Numbered from the stretch's first letter, positions 19,675-32,098 are shown. The stretch: DNA of 60,499 nt from an uncultured SAR86 cluster bacterium (GCA_902551185.1 CACDCN010000003.1:1-60499), one strand, 5' to 3'. The notes: a model not told the origin generated them from the letters alone. Numbers and translations are program-made.

Positions 19675-20459
19675 TAGATCTTTAGCCTATCAAATAAATT
19701 ATGTTCTAAACTTTCAATGTTTAAATTCTCATTATAGCTGGGCCCTAAGAAAAAAAGCCCTGATGCTGGAAGAGTTTTGCCAGCATAAACCCTATCTTCT
19801 TTTTTAAGAATATCCATAATCGATAATTTATTCTCTTGCTTCGCAATATCTATTAGAGTGCCAACCATTATTCTTACCATATTTTGTAAAAAAGCATTAG
19901 CAGCTATTGTAACTATAATAAAATTATCTATTGTTTTCATATCAACAAAGGATACTTTCTTGATTGGATTTTTGGAATTACAACTTGAACTTCTAAAAGA
20001 AGTAAAATTATGTTCTCCTAAAAACATTTCTAACTGAATCTGCATTTCATCTAAATCGATTTCATTAGTAATCCAATGGGAAAATTTATCAAAAAATAAT
20101 GGTTTATTAGTTGAATTATAAATTACGTAGGCATATCTCCTCTCTAATGCAGAAAATCTTGAATTAAAATCTGTTGGGACATGGAAAATATTCTTTACTG
20201 CAATGGATTTAGGCAGATTTGAATTAATGCCTCTAATCCAACTATTATCATCTCTTTGAATTTCAGTTTCAAAATCAAATACTTGTGAAATAGCATGAAC
20301 GCCTGCATCAGTTCTTCCAGAATAATTTATTTTTATGTCTGTAGCCGTTATTTCTTTAATAGCTTTTTCTAAATGTTCTTGAATCGTGATTGCATTTTTT
20401 TGAAGCTGGAATCCTGAAAAGTCAGTGCCATCATATTCGAGTGTAAAAGCAAGCCTCAC
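19674..20459 (-). CDS. truA: tRNA pseudouridine(38-40) synthase TruA
   Basis: Catalytic Asp context GRTDAGVHA. 261 aa. Confidence 0.93.
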   Translation of the reverse strand: MRLAFTLEYDGTDFSGFQLQKNAITIQEHLEKAIKEITATDIKINYSGRTDAGVHAISQVFDFETEIQRDDNSWIRGINSNLPKSIAVKNIFHVPTDFNSRFSALERRYAYVIYNSTNKPLFFDKFSHWITNEIDLDEMQIQLEMFLGEHNFTSFRSSSCNSKNPIKKVSFVDMKTIDNFIIVTIAANAFLQNMVRIMVGTLIDIAKQENKLSIMDILKKEDRVYAGKTLPASGLFFLGPSYNENLNIESLEHNLFDRLKI

Positions 20460-20461
20460 AA

Positions 20462-21781
20462 TTAATCTATTTTATTTAGTAAATTTACTGAAGCAGTTTT
20501 TATTTTTTCATTCTGAGTTTCTTTTATTAATTGATTTAGAATTTTTTTAGCATTATCTTGATCGTTCATTTCAAAATATGTAACTGCTAAATCAAATTGC
20601 TGTTGATCAAGATCATTTTCAATACTCAGACCTGCAGGTATGCTAGATAATAAAGAATTGTCATCTTGTGCTTCATCAAAATCATATTGTATATCTTTAG
20701 CATTTCTAATATTTCGCAAATATATAAATATTAAAGCTAATAAAATTCCAGATATTAAAGAGATTAAAGATATAAAAATTAAATCAAATACCCCAAAATT
20801 ATTTTGGTTTTCAGTTTCCTGAGATTCTTCTATTGCATTAATAAATTCATTAGCTACCTCATTCTCAATACCTACAGAAATCTGCTTAGTATTTTTCTCA
20901 ATAATATCTGCTGGATTTTCAAATTCATCAATAGAGATAGAGCTAATATCTTCCTCTTGTATTTCAACATCATTGACTTCACTCACATCTAACTCAACTT
21001 CGGGAGCTGTTAGCACTAATAGCGATCTTGAGGCTGAAGAAAAATTTTGTGAGAATGATTGATTCATAGTCAAAATAGACTCTTTTGCAAATTCATATGA
21101 AACCTCTTCAATTTCAGATATCTTTGGAATAAATAAATCTACATCATTTCTTATCAGGTTTATATTTTCATTTATAAATGCATCTTTATTTCCCAAATAT
21201 AAGGACCACATAACCTGATATATTGAAATATCCTTATTCTCACCTTTTATCTTCTTTGCCATACTCCAGGCAGTGGTAATTTCATCTGCTCTAATAATCT
21301 CAGGTTCTGGAATGGAAATTTCTTCTTTAATAATTGGAATTTCTGCTATTTCATTTTGTTGAGGAATTGTTCTTTTTATAGGTATTTTTTTTAAAGGTTT
21401 TTGCTGGACTTCTTCTCGATAAAAGTTTCTTAGCTTTGTTGGTAGAAAAATAAATATATCTTTTATAAATTCATCTTTTATAAGAATCTTGAAACTAAAA
21501 TAATCCTCTTGATAATTTTCTGATAAAACAATTTTGTATGTTTGATAGTCTACAAAATCTTCAATTAGCGTGTAAGCAATATCTTGTTGGTTAAGAGGAG
21601 TATCTTTTTTATACTCATTTAAAAATATATCGCCATCTTTTATATTTCCATTTTGAATTTTAAATTCAATTATCCTTTGATCTTGTGCATTTAGTTTGAT
21701 TTTAGGTGAGGATAGAAATATATCTGCATATACATTAATAGAAATGCATAAAAAGAAAAAAGATATATAGAATCTCAACAC
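20462..21781 (-). CDS. FimV-like protein (signal peptide, LysM-like region, TM segment, FimV C-terminal TPR-like motif)
   Basis: Sits in the asd-fimV-truA slot as in Pseudomonas. The C-terminus FDLAVTYFEMNDQDNAKKILNQLIKE...ASVNLLNKI resembles the FimV C-terminal domain. TM segment: VFDLIFISLISLISGILLALIFIYL. Confidence 0.65.
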   Translation of the reverse strand: MLRFYISFFFLCISINVYADIFLSSPKIKLNAQDQRIIEFKIQNGNIKDGDIFLNEYKKDTPLNQQDIAYTLIEDFVDYQTYKIVLSENYQEDYFSFKILIKDEFIKDIFIFLPTKLRNFYREEVQQKPLKKIPIKRTIPQQNEIAEIPIIKEEISIPEPEIIRADEITTAWSMAKKIKGENKDISIYQVMWSLYLGNKDAFINENINLIRNDVDLFIPKISEIEEVSYEFAKESILTMNQSFSQNFSSASRSLLVLTAPEVELDVSEVNDVEIQEEDISSISIDEFENPADIIEKNTKQISVGIENEVANEFINAIEESQETENQNNFGVFDLIFISLISLISGILLALIFIYLRNIRNAKDIQYDFDEAQDDNSLLSSIPAGLSIENDLDQQQFDLAVTYFEMNDQDNAKKILNQLIKETQNEKIKTASVNLLNKID

Positions 21782-22791
21782 AATTTATTATTTTTTATAA
21801 GCTTTTCAAGGATTTGAACAGCATTAAGCGCTGCCCCTTTTCCATAAACATTATCAGCTACTATCCATAAAGATATCCAATTTTCATTATTTATAATTTG
21901 AGATCTTATTCTCCCTACATAAACTTCTTCGGTATCATTAGCATTTTCAAGGGGTGTTGGATATTCCAATTTTTTTGGATTATCTATTACTGTTAAACCC
22001 TCCGAGGTTGCTAAAAGTTGAAGTATGTCATCTTTTGCAGTTTTATTTTTTGTTCTTAAGAAGACTGCCTCAGAGTGTCCATTTACAACTGGTACCCGGA
22101 CGCAGGTTGCTTGCACTTCAATATTTTGATCAAGAATTTTCTTTGTTTCCCAGGCTACCTTCATTTCTTCTTTTGTGAAATCATTATCTAAGAAAATATC
22201 GCATTGTGGTATTACATTAAATGCAATATTTTTAGGATATATATTTGGCTCCATAGATTGGTCTTTGGTTTGATTATAAAGCTCATCTATAGCGTCTTTT
22301 CCTGTTCCTGATACTGCCTGATAAGTAGCTATATTTAAAAAGTCGATACTATATTCTTTATGAATAGGATCTAAAACCATTAACAATTGAGATACTGAGC
22401 AGTTAGGATTAGCTATAAGTGATGGTTTTTTAATATCTTCAAGAAGACTGCCGTTTATTTCTGGAATAATAAGTGGAATATTTTCTTCATATCTAAATTC
22501 AGAAGATAGATCAATTACGTAAACACCCTGATTGACAAAGCTTTCAGCATATTCTTTGGCAACCTTTGATCCAGCAGAAAATATTGCCAAATTAACTTTT
22601 GAACAATCAAATGAAGATAAATCTTCAATCTGATAATTTGTGTTATTTAAAGTTACTTCTTGGCCTACGGATGCAGAGCCAAGGGGATAAAAATTTTGTA
22701 TATTAATATTTTTCTTTTCTAGCAAGGAAATAATTTTATTTCCTACAACCCCAGAAGCCCCAACCAATGCTAAATCTATTGCTTTATCCAT
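21775..22791 (-). CDS. asd: aspartate-semialdehyde dehydrogenase family protein (short Asd / USG-1-like form)
   Basis: NAD loop VGASGVVG, active-site Cys [10 protein letters not shown], His in VNGHSEAV. 338 aa. leuB-asd synteny. Confidence 0.8.
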   Translation of the reverse strand: MDKAIDLALVGASGVVGNKIISLLEKKNINIQNFYPLGSASVGQEVTLNNTNYQIEDLSSFDCSKVNLAIFSAGSKVAKEYAESFVNQGVYVIDLSSEFRYEENIPLIIPEINGSLLEDIKKPSLIANPNCSVSQLLMVLDPIHKEYSIDFLNIATYQAVSGTGKDAIDELYNQTKDQSMEPNIYPKNIAFNVIPQCDIFLDNDFTKEEMKVAWETKKILDQNIEVQATCVRVPVVNGHSEAVFLRTKNKTAKDDILQLLATSEGLTVIDNPKKLEYPTPLENANDTEEVYVGRIRSQIINNENWISLWIVADNVYGKGAALNAVQILEKLIKNNKLC

Positions 22792-23866
22792 TTTGTATTA
22801 TATCTATAATTTTTTGTGCAACTTCAGAGGTTTTTAGATAATTCTCATCAACTGCAATATCTTTTGTTCTATATCCAGACTGGATAAATAATTTAATTGC
22901 AGTATCAATTTTATCAGAAATACTTTCTTGATTTAGAGAGTATCTTAATGCCATAGAAAGAGACGAAATCATTGCCAATGGATTAGCTATATTTTGTCCT
23001 GCTATATCTGGTGCGCTACCATGACAAGGCTCATACATTCCTTTGAAAGAACTGTCTAATGATGCAGATGGCAACATCCCAATTGAACCAGTCAAAGTTG
23101 CAGCTATGTCAGATAAAATATCTCCAAAGAGATTACTGGCAACAATTACATCAAATTGGTTTGGATCTAGAACTAATTGCATTGCAGCATTGTCTGCTAG
23201 TTGATGGGTAAGTTGAACATCAGGATATTCAGATGCCATTTCGGTAACTATAGATCTCCAAAATTTTGAAACTTCAAGGACATTTGCTTTTTCAACAGAA
23301 CATAATTTACCGTCTCTTTTTTGAGCAGATTCAAATGCTACTTTTGCAATACGCCTAATCTCATCTTCGTTGTAAACCATAGTGTTAAAAGCATAATTAG
23401 GCTCTTTATCTGAAATAATGCCTCTTGGTTCACCAAAATAGATACCACCGGTAAGCTCTCTCACAATTAAAATATCAAGATTATTAATTATTTCTTTTTT
23501 TAATGGTGAGGCTTCTGATAATTCATTAAATAAAAATGCAGGTCTTAAATTTGCAAAAAGATTTAATTCTTTTCTAAGAGTTAATAATGCATTTTCAGGT
23601 CGATCATCCCAATCTAAATTATCCCACTCAGTGCCGCCAACTGCCCCAAACAGTATTGCATCTGATTCTTTAGCTGCATTAAGAACTTCTTTTGGTAGAG
23701 GTGATCCACATTCATTGTATGCCGTTCCGCCTACATTCATTGATTTTACTGAAAAATCAAGGCCATATTCTTTTATAAGAAAATCTAAGACCTCAACAGC
23801 AGAGGCTGTTACTTCTTGACCAACGCCATCACCCGGTAAGATTAAAATATTCTTACTCATTTGCAT
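22784..23866 (-). CDS. leuB: 3-isopropylmalate dehydrogenase
   Basis: [13 protein letters not shown] and NLFGDILSD. About 358 aa. Confidence 0.96.
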   Translation of the reverse strand: MQMSKNILILPGDGVGQEVTASAVEVLDFLIKEYGLDFSVKSMNVGGTAYNECGSPLPKEVLNAAKESDAILFGAVGGTEWDNLDWDDRPENALLTLRKELNLFANLRPAFLFNELSEASPLKKEIINNLDILIVRELTGGIYFGEPRGIISDKEPNYAFNTMVYNEDEIRRIAKVAFESAQKRDGKLCSVEKANVLEVSKFWRSIVTEMASEYPDVQLTHQLADNAAMQLVLDPNQFDVIVASNLFGDILSDIAATLTGSIGMLPSASLDSSFKGMYEPCHGSAPDIAGQNIANPLAMISSLSMALRYSLNQESISDKIDTAIKLFIQSGYRTKDIAVDENYLKTSEVAQKIIDIIQNG

Positions 23867-24503
23867 AAATCCATGGTCTTGTTATTTTTCTATTTTTTTC
23901 AAAATTAGAAATCTTGTCTTTTTCTTTTAAAGTAATATCAATATCGTCTAATCCATATATGATTCGTTCGATTAGATGATCATCTACCTCAAAATTAATT
24001 TCATCCTGATTTTTTAAAAAAATTATTCTTTTTTGGAGGTCTATTGATAATTCAACAACTTCTTTTTTTACTAAACTAAAAAGTTTTTCAATTTGATTTT
24101 TTTCTAAATAGATTGGCAGGACTCCATTCTTAAAACAATTATTGTAAAAAATATCTCCAAATGAGGATGCTATAACCGCTTTGATGCCAAAGTCTCTTAA
24201 GGCCCATACAGCATGCTCTCTAGAAGAACCACATCCAAAGTTGTCTCTTGTTAGAAGAATTTTAGACTCACTAAATGGTTTGTTATTGAGAATGAAATCT
24301 TTATTTATATCTCGTTCTTCTTTTTTAACTCCCAGCTTTCCATCATCTTTATATCTCCAACCATCAAATAAATAATCTTCATAACCAAACTTCTTTATTG
24401 ATTTTAAATATTCTGTTGGGATTATTTGATCTGTATCTATATTATCTCTATCGATATAACTAACGATTCCATCAATCATTAATCCCTCGCTATTAGATTT
24501 CAT
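23853..24503 (-). CDS. leuD: 3-isopropylmalate dehydratase small subunit
   Basis: [15 protein letters not shown]. 216 aa. Confidence 0.95.
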   Translation of the reverse strand: MKSNSEGLMIDGIVSYIDRDNIDTDQIIPTEYLKSIKKFGYEDYLFDGWRYKDDGKLGVKKEERDINKDFILNNKPFSESKILLTRDNFGCGSSREHAVWALRDFGIKAVIASSFGDIFYNNCFKNGVLPIYLEKNQIEKLFSLVKKEVVELSIDLQKRIIFLKNQDEINFEVDDHLIERIIYGLDDIDITLKEKDKISNFEKNRKITRPWIYANE

Positions 24504-25897
24504 GATGGCTCTCCAACTGTTCCGTTTATTGCGGTATATGCTGCCATAATAGGACTCATTAAATGAGTGCGTCCTAAGTAACCCTGTCTGCCTTCAAAAT
24601 TTCTATTGGATGTAGATGCACATCTCTCATAAGGCTTTAATTGATCTGGATTCATCCCTAAACACATCGAACAGCCTGGATCTCTCCATATAAAACCAGC
24701 TTCTTTAAATACCTCATCCAAACCTTCCATTTCGGCTTGTTCTTTAACCATCCCAGAACCTGGCACTACTATGGCTTCAGTAATATTGTCAGCAACAGTT
24801 TTACCTTTTACTATTTCAGCTGCTTGTCTTAAATCTTCAATTCTAGAATTTGTGCACGAACCTATAAAAACTTTATCAAAAACTAAATCTGATAATTTTG
24901 ATTCATCTTGAATACCCATATAATTTCTTGCAAGCTCTATATTTTTTTTATTATCTTCAGGAACATTTATAGGAGTTGGAATTTCATCGTCATAATTTAC
25001 AACCATTTCAGGTGAAGTTCCCCATGTTACTTGTGGCTTAATTTTAGATATATCAATAATAATCTCATTATCAAAGCTGGCTCCTTCATCAGTATTTAAG
25101 TTTTTCCAATAATCTTCAGCCTTTTCTAGACTTTCTTTATCTAAGAAAGATTTCTCTCTAACATAATTTATTGTTGTTTCATCAGGAGCAATCAACCCAA
25201 CCTTAGCGCCTGCTTCAATTGCCATATTACAAATAGTCATTCTGCTCTCGATAGAAATTGCCTCAATATAACTACCAGCAAATTCTATTGCGTAACCTGT
25301 TCCTCCTGCTGTTCCAATAAGACCAATAAAATATAAAACTATATCTTTTGAAGAAACATTTTCCGCTGGAGTACCTTCAAATTTAACAAGCATATTTTTA
25401 AGCTTGGATACTTTTAAACACTGGGTAGCAAGTACATGTTCCACTTCTGATGTACCAATACCCATTGCTAAACAGCCTAACGCCCCATGAGTAGATGTAT
25501 GAGAATCACCACATACTATTGTCATACCAGGTAAGGTATAACCTAATTCAGGTCCAATTACATGAACAATACCTTGTTTTGTTGATTTAATATCAAATTG
25601 CTTAATGCCAAAAGTATTACAGTTTTTGTCTAACTCAACGACTTGAATTTTTGATATCTCATCCTTAATTTGATCAGAATTAAAATCATTTCCGCGTATT
25701 GTAGGAACATTATGATCAGGTGTAGCGATATTTGCTTCAAGTCTCCAAGGCTTTAAATTCTTCTTTGACAATCCTTCAAACGCTTGAGGTGATGTAACCT
25801 CATGCAAATAATGTCTATCAATATATAAAAGTGACTCTCCCGAATCGAGTTGGGTGATGTGATGCTCTTCCCAGAGTTTGTCGTATAAGGTCTTCAT
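24500..25897 (-). CDS. leuC: 3-isopropylmalate dehydratase large subunit
   Basis: [23 protein letters not shown] and [13 protein letters not shown]. 465 aa. Confidence 0.97.
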   Translation of the reverse strand: MKTLYDKLWEEHHITQLDSGESLLYIDRHYLHEVTSPQAFEGLSKKNLKPWRLEANIATPDHNVPTIRGNDFNSDQIKDEISKIQVVELDKNCNTFGIKQFDIKSTKQGIVHVIGPELGYTLPGMTIVCGDSHTSTHGALGCLAMGIGTSEVEHVLATQCLKVSKLKNMLVKFEGTPAENVSSKDIVLYFIGLIGTAGGTGYAIEFAGSYIEAISIESRMTICNMAIEAGAKVGLIAPDETTINYVREKSFLDKESLEKAEDYWKNLNTDEGASFDNEIIIDISKIKPQVTWGTSPEMVVNYDDEIPTPINVPEDNKKNIELARNYMGIQDESKLSDLVFDKVFIGSCTNSRIEDLRQAAEIVKGKTVADNITEAIVVPGSGMVKEQAEMEGLDEVFKEAGFIWRDPGCSMCLGMNPDQLKPYERCASTSNRNFEGRQGYLGRTHLMSPIMAAYTAINGTVGEPS

Positions 25898-25902
25898 TAT
25901 CT

Positions 25903-26985
25903 TTATTCACTAAATGGTAGTTCCTGATCAACTTCACCACATTGCGCTCTGTTGATTAACAAATGATCTACTAGCACAAGACTTACCATGGCCTCAGCAA
26001 TTGGAACAGCTCTAATACCAACACATGGATCATGTCTTCCAGATACTTCTATATCAACTTCTTTGCCATCTTTGTTTACTGTCTTGCCTTTTGTTTTAAT
26101 ACTGGATGTTGGCTTGATGATAAAGCTTAAACTTATATTATCCCCATTTGATATTCCACCTAAAATTCCACCTGAATTATTTGAAGAATATCCAGAAGAG
26201 GTTATTTCATCTCTAGCTTCAGATCCTTTAAGGCTTAAGAGATCTTCTGCATTACCAATAGACACAGATTTAACTGCGTTAATCGTCATTATTGCTTTTG
26301 CAAGATTAGCATCTAGCTTCTCAAAAACCGGATCACCAAGCCCAACCGGACAATTTTCAACAACAACGCCTAACTTTGCACCAACTGAATTACCCTCTTC
26401 AATTAAATCATTAAACATTAAATCTAAATCAGAAAGCTTTGATTCATCACAAAAAAAGTATTTATTATTTATATCTTTATGATTAATTGCATCAGCTTTT
26501 ACTTTTCCTATTTCAGAAACGAAACCATTTACTGAAACACCCTCTTTTTTAAGAATCTTTTTAGCAATTGCTCCAGCAGCTACCCAATTTACAGTTTCTC
26601 TAGCACTCGCTCTTCCGCCGCCTCTGTAATCTCTATGTCCATATTTTGCTTGATAAGTAATATCGGCATGATTTGGTCTAAAAACATCTTTGATATTTGA
26701 ATAATCCTTAGATTTTTGATCTTTGTTATAAATAATCATTCCTATAGGTGTTCCAAGGGTTTTTCCTTCAAAAACTCCTGACAAAATCTCTACAGCGTCG
26801 TTTTCCTTTCTTTGTGTAGTTACATCTGATTGACCAGGCTTTCTTCTATCTAATTCATGCTGAATATCTTCTTTTGTAAGCTCAATTTGAGGCGGACAAC
26901 CATCTAAAATACAACCCATAGCTGTACCATGACTCTCACCAAAAGTCGTAATTTTAAATATTTTTCCAAACGTATTGCCTGACAT
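25903..26985 (-). CDS. aroC: chorismate synthase
   Basis: [17 protein letters not shown] and SGRHDPCVG. 360 aa. Confidence 0.96.
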   Translation of the reverse strand: MSGNTFGKIFKITTFGESHGTAMGCILDGCPPQIELTKEDIQHELDRRKPGQSDVTTQRKENDAVEILSGVFEGKTLGTPIGMIIYNKDQKSKDYSNIKDVFRPNHADITYQAKYGHRDYRGGGRASARETVNWVAAGAIAKKILKKEGVSVNGFVSEIGKVKADAINHKDINNKYFFCDESKLSDLDLMFNDLIEEGNSVGAKLGVVVENCPVGLGDPVFEKLDANLAKAIMTINAVKSVSIGNAEDLLSLKGSEARDEITSSGYSSNNSGGILGGISNGDNISLSFIIKPTSSIKTKGKTVNKDGKEVDIEVSGRHDPCVGIRAVPIAEAMVSLVLVDHLLINRAQCGEVDQELPFSE

Positions 26986-27024
26986 GGCGGTAATTATAGT
27001 CCAAAAAGCTAAAAAAGCTTTATT

Positions 27025-28476
27025 TTATGGGATTTTTGAAAATAATTTCTGGAAATCAGTAACAAAGGTTTCTTCAAGCTTTTCTTGATTCATGCAAAGT
27101 TTGAATATCTTATCAGATACTTCCTCATTAAATGTTATGTCTAAATTATCTTTAAATTTCTTCTCTAAAACCGGTATGCCCTCTTCTCTTCTTCTTTTGT
27201 GTCCAATAGGATATTCAACCTCAACCTCCTCTGTTGAAGTTCCATCATTAAAATGAATCTGAATTCTGTTTGCTATTGAGCGCTTATCTGCTTCAAGATA
27301 TTCTTTTGAGTATCTTTTATCTTCATTGATAATCATTTTTTCTCTAAGTGCATCAATTCTTGGGTCTTGTGCTACATCATCTTCATAATCTTCTGCAATT
27401 AAATTACCTTTTAATAGACCAATGGCAACCATATATTGTAAACAGTGATCTCTATCAGCAGGATTATTTAGATCTCCAACCTTTGAGATAATTCTAATTG
27501 CAGACTCGTGCGTGGTTATTTCAACAGATTTTATATCGTTGATTTTATCTTTAATTTCATTATGTAGTTTTACTGCTGCCTCTACTGCAGTTTGAGCATG
27601 GAATTCTGCAGGAAAACTAATCTTAAAAAGAATATTTTCCATGACATAAGTTTCAAAGGGCTGTGGCAGAGATAATTTTTCTCCATCAAATGAAACATCT
27701 TCAAATCCCCAGGTTGGTGCAGATAAAACACCAGGATATCCGATCTCGCCTGACATGGTAATCATTGCTAATCGAACAGCTCTGCTAGTTGCATCACCTG
27801 CTGCCCAGCTTTTTCTTGAGCCTGCATTTGGAGCATGCCTATAAGTTCTTAAACTTTGTCCATCAACCCATGCATGACTAACAGCATCTTTAATTTGATC
27901 TATCGAACCACCTAATAATTTTGTAGCAACTGCCGTTGAGGCAACCTTGACCAATATTACATGATCCAAGCCAACCTTATTAAAACTGTTTTCAAGCGCT
28001 AAAACGCCCTGAATCTCATGCGCCATAATCATTGATTCGAGGACAGTTCTGATAGTTAATGGCTCTTTTCCGTTAGCAACATTTTGTTGTGAAACAAAAT
28101 CACACACAGATAATATTGCACCTAAGTTATCTGAAGGATGGCCCCATTCTGCCGCAAGCCAAGTATCGTTATAATCAAGCCATCTAACAATACAACCGAT
28201 ATCAAATGCTCCTTTTACAGGATCTAATTCATAATCTGTGCCTGGCACTCTTACACCAAAAGGAACTTTAGTATCTTTAACGATTGGACCAAGCATTTTT
28301 GTGCAGGCAGGAAATTGGAGAGCAAGTAAACCGCATCCAATAGTATCCATAAGACAATTTCTTGAAGTATCTAATGCTAAATCAGACTTAACTTCATAAG
28401 TTGAAACATAATTGGCTATTTCAGAAATCAATCCATCAAAACCTGGTCTGATGTTCAGATCAACATTTGATGACAT
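27025..28476 (-). CDS. prpD: 2-methylcitrate dehydratase
   Basis: 483 aa MmgE/PrpD family protein in a prpB-prpC-prpD run. Confidence 0.9.
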   Translation of the reverse strand: MSSNVDLNIRPGFDGLISEIANYVSTYEVKSDLALDTSRNCLMDTIGCGLLALQFPACTKMLGPIVKDTKVPFGVRVPGTDYELDPVKGAFDIGCIVRWLDYNDTWLAAEWGHPSDNLGAILSVCDFVSQQNVANGKEPLTIRTVLESMIMAHEIQGVLALENSFNKVGLDHVILVKVASTAVATKLLGGSIDQIKDAVSHAWVDGQSLRTYRHAPNAGSRKSWAAGDATSRAVRLAMITMSGEIGYPGVLSAPTWGFEDVSFDGEKLSLPQPFETYVMENILFKISFPAEFHAQTAVEAAVKLHNEIKDKINDIKSVEITTHESAIRIISKVGDLNNPADRDHCLQYMVAIGLLKGNLIAEDYEDDVAQDPRIDALREKMIINEDKRYSKEYLEADKRSIANRIQIHFNDGTSTEEVEVEYPIGHKRRREEGIPVLEKKFKDNLDITFNEEVSDKIFKLCMNQEKLEETFVTDFQKLFSKIP

Positions 28477-28479
28477 AAA

Positions 28480-29601
28480 TTAAGACCTTTCTGAGATATC
28501 AACCCAGTCAGATGACTCAACACCGATATATTCAGCACTTGGTCGAATGATTCTGTTGTTAGCTCTTTGCTCCATACAATGCGCTGCCCAACCAGAAACT
28601 CTGGACATTACAAATATAGGAGTGAACAACATAGTGGGTATGCCCATATAAAAATATGCTGGCGCGTGGAAGAAATCAGCATTAGCAAACATTTTCTTTT
28701 CATCTGCCATGACCTTTTCTACCTCTTCTGCAACTTGATATAAAGTATCATTATCAGCAAGTTCAGATAACTCTTTAGCATATTCTTTTATAACAGCATT
28801 TCTAGGATCCTTGATTGAATATACTGCGTGTCCAAAACCCATAATTTTTTCTTTCTTGCTTAGCATTTCAATTATGTTTGATTTTGCTTCTTCTTTTGAA
28901 GTCCAGTTTTCAATTAATTCCATAGCTTTTTCATTTGCTCCCCCATGAAGTGGCCCTCTTAAAGATCCAATTGCAGCTACAACACAAGAATGAATATCTG
29001 ACATTGTTGAAGCACAAACTCTGGCAGTAAAAGTTGAAGCATTAAATTCATGCTCTGCATAGAGAATTAAAGATACATCCATAACCTTTCTATGAAGATC
29101 GGATGGTTTCTGGCCATGGAGAATATGGAGAAAATGTCCAGCCATAGTATCTTCATCATTCACTAAATCAATATCTATACCTTCATGGGAAAACTTATAC
29201 CAATATGTAACTATGGATGGCATAGTTGCAATCATTCTATTTATTGAATTAAGTTGATTTGAAAAATCTCCTTCTGGCTCTAAATTACCTAACATTGAGG
29301 TTCCCGTTCTCATTACATCCATTGGATGTGCATTGGCAGGAATTTTTTGAAGAACTTCTTTTAATGAATCAGGAAGATCTCTTTGATTTTTTAATAGCTC
29401 TTTGTATTCGTCTAATTCAGTTTGATTAGGAAGTTTGTCATATAGTAGAAGATAAGCTACCTCTTCAAAAGTTGCTTTTTCTGCAAGGGTTTCAATTTTG
29501 TGTCCTCTGTATGCTAAACCTTCAATTTGCCCGACAGTAGAAAGAGAAGTTTCTCCAGCCACTTGACCTCTTAAACCTGCTCCTTCTAATTTCTTAGTCA
29601 T
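28480..29601 (-). CDS. prpC: 2-methylcitrate synthase
   Basis: Citrate synthase family (GFGHAVY, GPLHGGAN). 373 aa. Lies between prpB and prpD. Confidence 0.9.
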   Translation of the reverse strand: MTKKLEGAGLRGQVAGETSLSTVGQIEGLAYRGHKIETLAEKATFEEVAYLLLYDKLPNQTELDEYKELLKNQRDLPDSLKEVLQKIPANAHPMDVMRTGTSMLGNLEPEGDFSNQLNSINRMIATMPSIVTYWYKFSHEGIDIDLVNDEDTMAGHFLHILHGQKPSDLHRKVMDVSLILYAEHEFNASTFTARVCASTMSDIHSCVVAAIGSLRGPLHGGANEKAMELIENWTSKEEAKSNIIEMLSKKEKIMGFGHAVYSIKDPRNAVIKEYAKELSELADNDTLYQVAEEVEKVMADEKKMFANADFFHAPAYFYMGIPTMLFTPIFVMSRVSGWAAHCMEQRANNRIIRPSAEYIGVESSDWVDISERS

Positions 29602-29609
29602 TGATTTTC

Positions 29610-30479
29610 CTATTTATCTGAAATTTTTTCATCAAGCTTTTTTTCATAATTATAATAATCTAAAACTTCATACAACTCTTCTCGGGTTTGCATTATATCT
29701 AAGTGAGACTCCTGTGTCCCGTCTTTGATAATTGAATTATATATTTTTTCAGCTGATAAACTCATGGCCCTAAATGCAGTTAAGGGATATAAAACCATAT
29801 CGACACCTGCTTCTTTCAGTTCATTTTGAGTGAACAATGGAGTTTTTCCAAATTCTGTAATATTTGCAAGAACAGGAGCAGAAAAATTACTTTTAAATGC
29901 CTTGTAATCTTCTAGAGATGTTGCGGCCTCAAGGAAAATACCATCTACACCTTCATCAAGATATTCTTTACACCTTTTAATAGCTCCATCTATTCCCTCT
30001 GATGCGATTGAATCAGTCCTTGCCATAATAAAAAATGAATCATCTAATTTTGAATCGATTGCAACTTTTAATCTATCTCTCATTTCTGAGATTGGTACTA
30101 TCGTTTTATTTGGTCTATGTCCACACCTCTTATCAAAGACCTGGTCTTCGATATGAACTGCAGCACATCCAGCTTGATTCATTTCAACAATTGTCTCAGC
30201 TATATTAATTGCATCTCCCCAGCCAGTGTCAATATCAACAAGCAAAGGTAAAGATGTAGCGCTAGTTATTCTTTTGACATCAATAAGAACATCTTGCATT
30301 GATGTCACACCAAGATCAGGCAATCCATAAGAAGCTGCTGCAACTCCACTACCTGATAAATAAATTGCTTTATGGTTAGCTCTTTCTGCCAATTTTGCAG
30401 AATATGCGTTTATTGTTCCTGGAATAATAAGGGGATTGTTTGCCTTTAATGCTTGTCTAAATTTTAAACCTTGTGACAT
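29610..30479 (-). CDS. prpB: methylisocitrate lyase
   Basis: ICL/PEP-mutase fold with the KRCGH active-site loop and IMARTD. 289 aa. Confidence 0.9.
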   Translation of the reverse strand: MSQGLKFRQALKANNPLIIPGTINAYSAKLAERANHKAIYLSGSGVAAASYGLPDLGVTSMQDVLIDVKRITSATSLPLLVDIDTGWGDAINIAETIVEMNQAGCAAVHIEDQVFDKRCGHRPNKTIVPISEMRDRLKVAIDSKLDDSFFIMARTDSIASEGIDGAIKRCKEYLDEGVDGIFLEAATSLEDYKAFKSNFSAPVLANITEFGKTPLFTQNELKEAGVDMVLYPLTAFRAMSLSAEKIYNSIIKDGTQESHLDIMQTREELYEVLDYYNYEKKLDEKISDK

Positions 30480-30480
30480 T

Positions 30481-31140
30481 TTAATAAAATTTAACTCCTC
30501 TAATTATTCTATCTTTATTATTTTTTCTTCTCCATCTATTTGTATCTCTTAAACTATACACACAACCGCAATATTCTTGTTGATAGAAATGTTCTCTTTT
30601 TGAGATCTCTATCATTCTTGATGAACCGCCCTGTTTTCTCCAATTAAAATCCCAGAATAAAATATTTTCATATCTTGCTGCTGCTCTATTACCAGATTCA
30701 TTTATTTGGTTCATATCTTTCCATCTTGAAATCCCCAAAGTTGTTGCAAAAATATTAAAGCCATTCTCATGAGCAAATAAAGCTGATCTTTCGAATCTCA
30801 TATCAAAACATTTAGTGCATCTTGCACCTCTTTCAGGCTCATCCTCTAATCCTTTAATTCTCTCAAACCATTTATCTTTATCATAATCACCGTCAATACA
30901 ATCAAATCCAACTTTTTCACAAAATCTTCTATTTTCATCTTTTCTAATTTCATACTCATCTACTGGATGAATATTAGGGTTATAAAAATAAACTGTGGTT
31001 TTAATATTCGATGAAGCTAATGCTTCAATAATTTCACCGGAACAAGGAGCGCAACAACTATGCAATAAAAGTTCTTTTTGTTTATTAGGCAATTCTAATG
31101 CTGGTCTAATATAGTTTTGTAATTTTAATTTCTCACTCAT
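30481..31140 (-). CDS. queH: epoxyqueuosine reductase QueH (DUF208)
   Basis: [13 protein letters not shown] cysteine cluster, a later CTKC, and a C-terminal EYCGC. 219 aa. Confidence 0.8.
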   Translation of the reverse strand: MSEKLKLQNYIRPALELPNKQKELLLHSCCAPCSGEIIEALASSNIKTTVYFYNPNIHPVDEYEIRKDENRRFCEKVGFDCIDGDYDKDKWFERIKGLEDEPERGARCTKCFDMRFERSALFAHENGFNIFATTLGISRWKDMNQINESGNRAAARYENILFWDFNWRKQGGSSRMIEISKREHFYQQEYCGCVYSLRDTNRWRRKNNKDRIIRGVKFY

Positions 31141-32035
31141 TCTTTATTCCATATGGTACATGACCAGAAGTTGTAGTTTCAATTGCACCCATAATATGCT
31201 TTCTTTGGTCATCAAAAAAGATGTCTGCATCAAAAGATTCTAGAAATTTATTTTTTTCCATACCTCCTAAGAATAATGATTCATCAATTCGGACACCCCA
31301 TTGCCTTAATGTTTTTATAACTCTTTTATCTGAAGGAGCTGATCTTGCTGTAACTAAAGCAGTCCTAATAGGACATTGATTAATTTCAAAATCATTTTGT
31401 ATCTTATTTAATTCAACTAAAAATGATTTAAATGGGCCTTCTTTTAAAACAGTTTCTGCATTAACTTCATTTTCTATAAATGCATCTAACCCCTTTTCAT
31501 GAAAAACTTTTTCAGACTCATCTGAGAAAATGACTGCATCGCCATCAAAAGCTATTTTTAATAAGCTTGATTCAGATTTTCTTTGATTTTCTAAAGACCT
31601 AGAAATAATAGTTGCAGCAGCAACGTTACTTTCTATAGCTAATTTTACATCTTCTAAGCTGCTTGAGAGAAATAAATGAACTCCAAAATCTTTTACATAC
31701 CTATGGGGACTTTCACCACCACAAAAGGCGGCCCTAGAAATATTTAAATTATGATCTTCGATAGAATTTCTTACTCTTAAGCCAGTATCTGAAGTATTTC
31801 TTGATAGAAGAATAACCTCTACTCGATCAGATTTTTCATATAAATCATTAATTTTTAAAATTTTTTGAACAAGATTGAATGCTTGACCAGGTGCCAGTGT
31901 TTTATTTTCATTATCAATTTGATAATCAGCATAGGATTTAAGGCCTTCTTTTTTATAAATCTCATGGCTTTCATCTAGATCGAATAATGCCCTTGAAGAT
32001 ATTCCTATTATTAATTTTGATTTTTCTTTACCCAT
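31133..32035 (-). CDS. cN-IA-like 5'-nucleotidase (HAD superfamily)
   Basis: 300 aa. HAD motif [11 protein letters not shown] and motif IV FFDDQ. The overall pattern is that of the bacterial 5'-nucleotidase family related to cytosolic nucleotidase IA. Overlaps queH by 8 nt. Confidence 0.7.
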   Translation of the reverse strand: MGKEKSKLIIGISSRALFDLDESHEIYKKEGLKSYADYQIDNENKTLAPGQAFNLVQKILKINDLYEKSDRVEVILLSRNTSDTGLRVRNSIEDHNLNISRAAFCGGESPHRYVKDFGVHLFLSSSLEDVKLAIESNVAAATIISRSLENQRKSESSLLKIAFDGDAVIFSDESEKVFHEKGLDAFIENEVNAETVLKEGPFKSFLVELNKIQNDFEINQCPIRTALVTARSAPSDKRVIKTLRQWGVRIDESLFLGGMEKNKFLESFDADIFFDDQRKHIMGAIETTTSGHVPYGIKNE

Positions 32036-32066
32036 TTATCTTGAAAATATATTATATTTTATATTA

Positions 32067-32086
32067 TACTGTACATATATTCAGTA
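32067..32086. promoter_or_regulatory. LexA (SOS) box TACTGTACATATATTCAGTA in the 63-bp divergent region between the nucleotidase gene and lexA
   Basis: CTG-N10-CAG with a consensus left arm. It lies 12 nt upstream of the lexA ATG. Confidence 0.8.
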
Positions 32087-32098
32087 CTATTTATTATT

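Noticed and set aside
25988-26482. 164-aa plus-strand ORF inside aroC
   Set aside because: It is antisense to chorismate synthase, whose motifs are unambiguous. The composition is Ser/Pro/Leu-rich, as expected from the reverse frame of a real gene.
26986-27024. Weak hairpin AAAGC-TAAAAA-GCTTT between prpD and aroC as a terminator
   Set aside because: It has a 5-bp AT-rich stem. The genes are co-directional with a 39-nt gap, so the evidence is insufficient to call a terminator.
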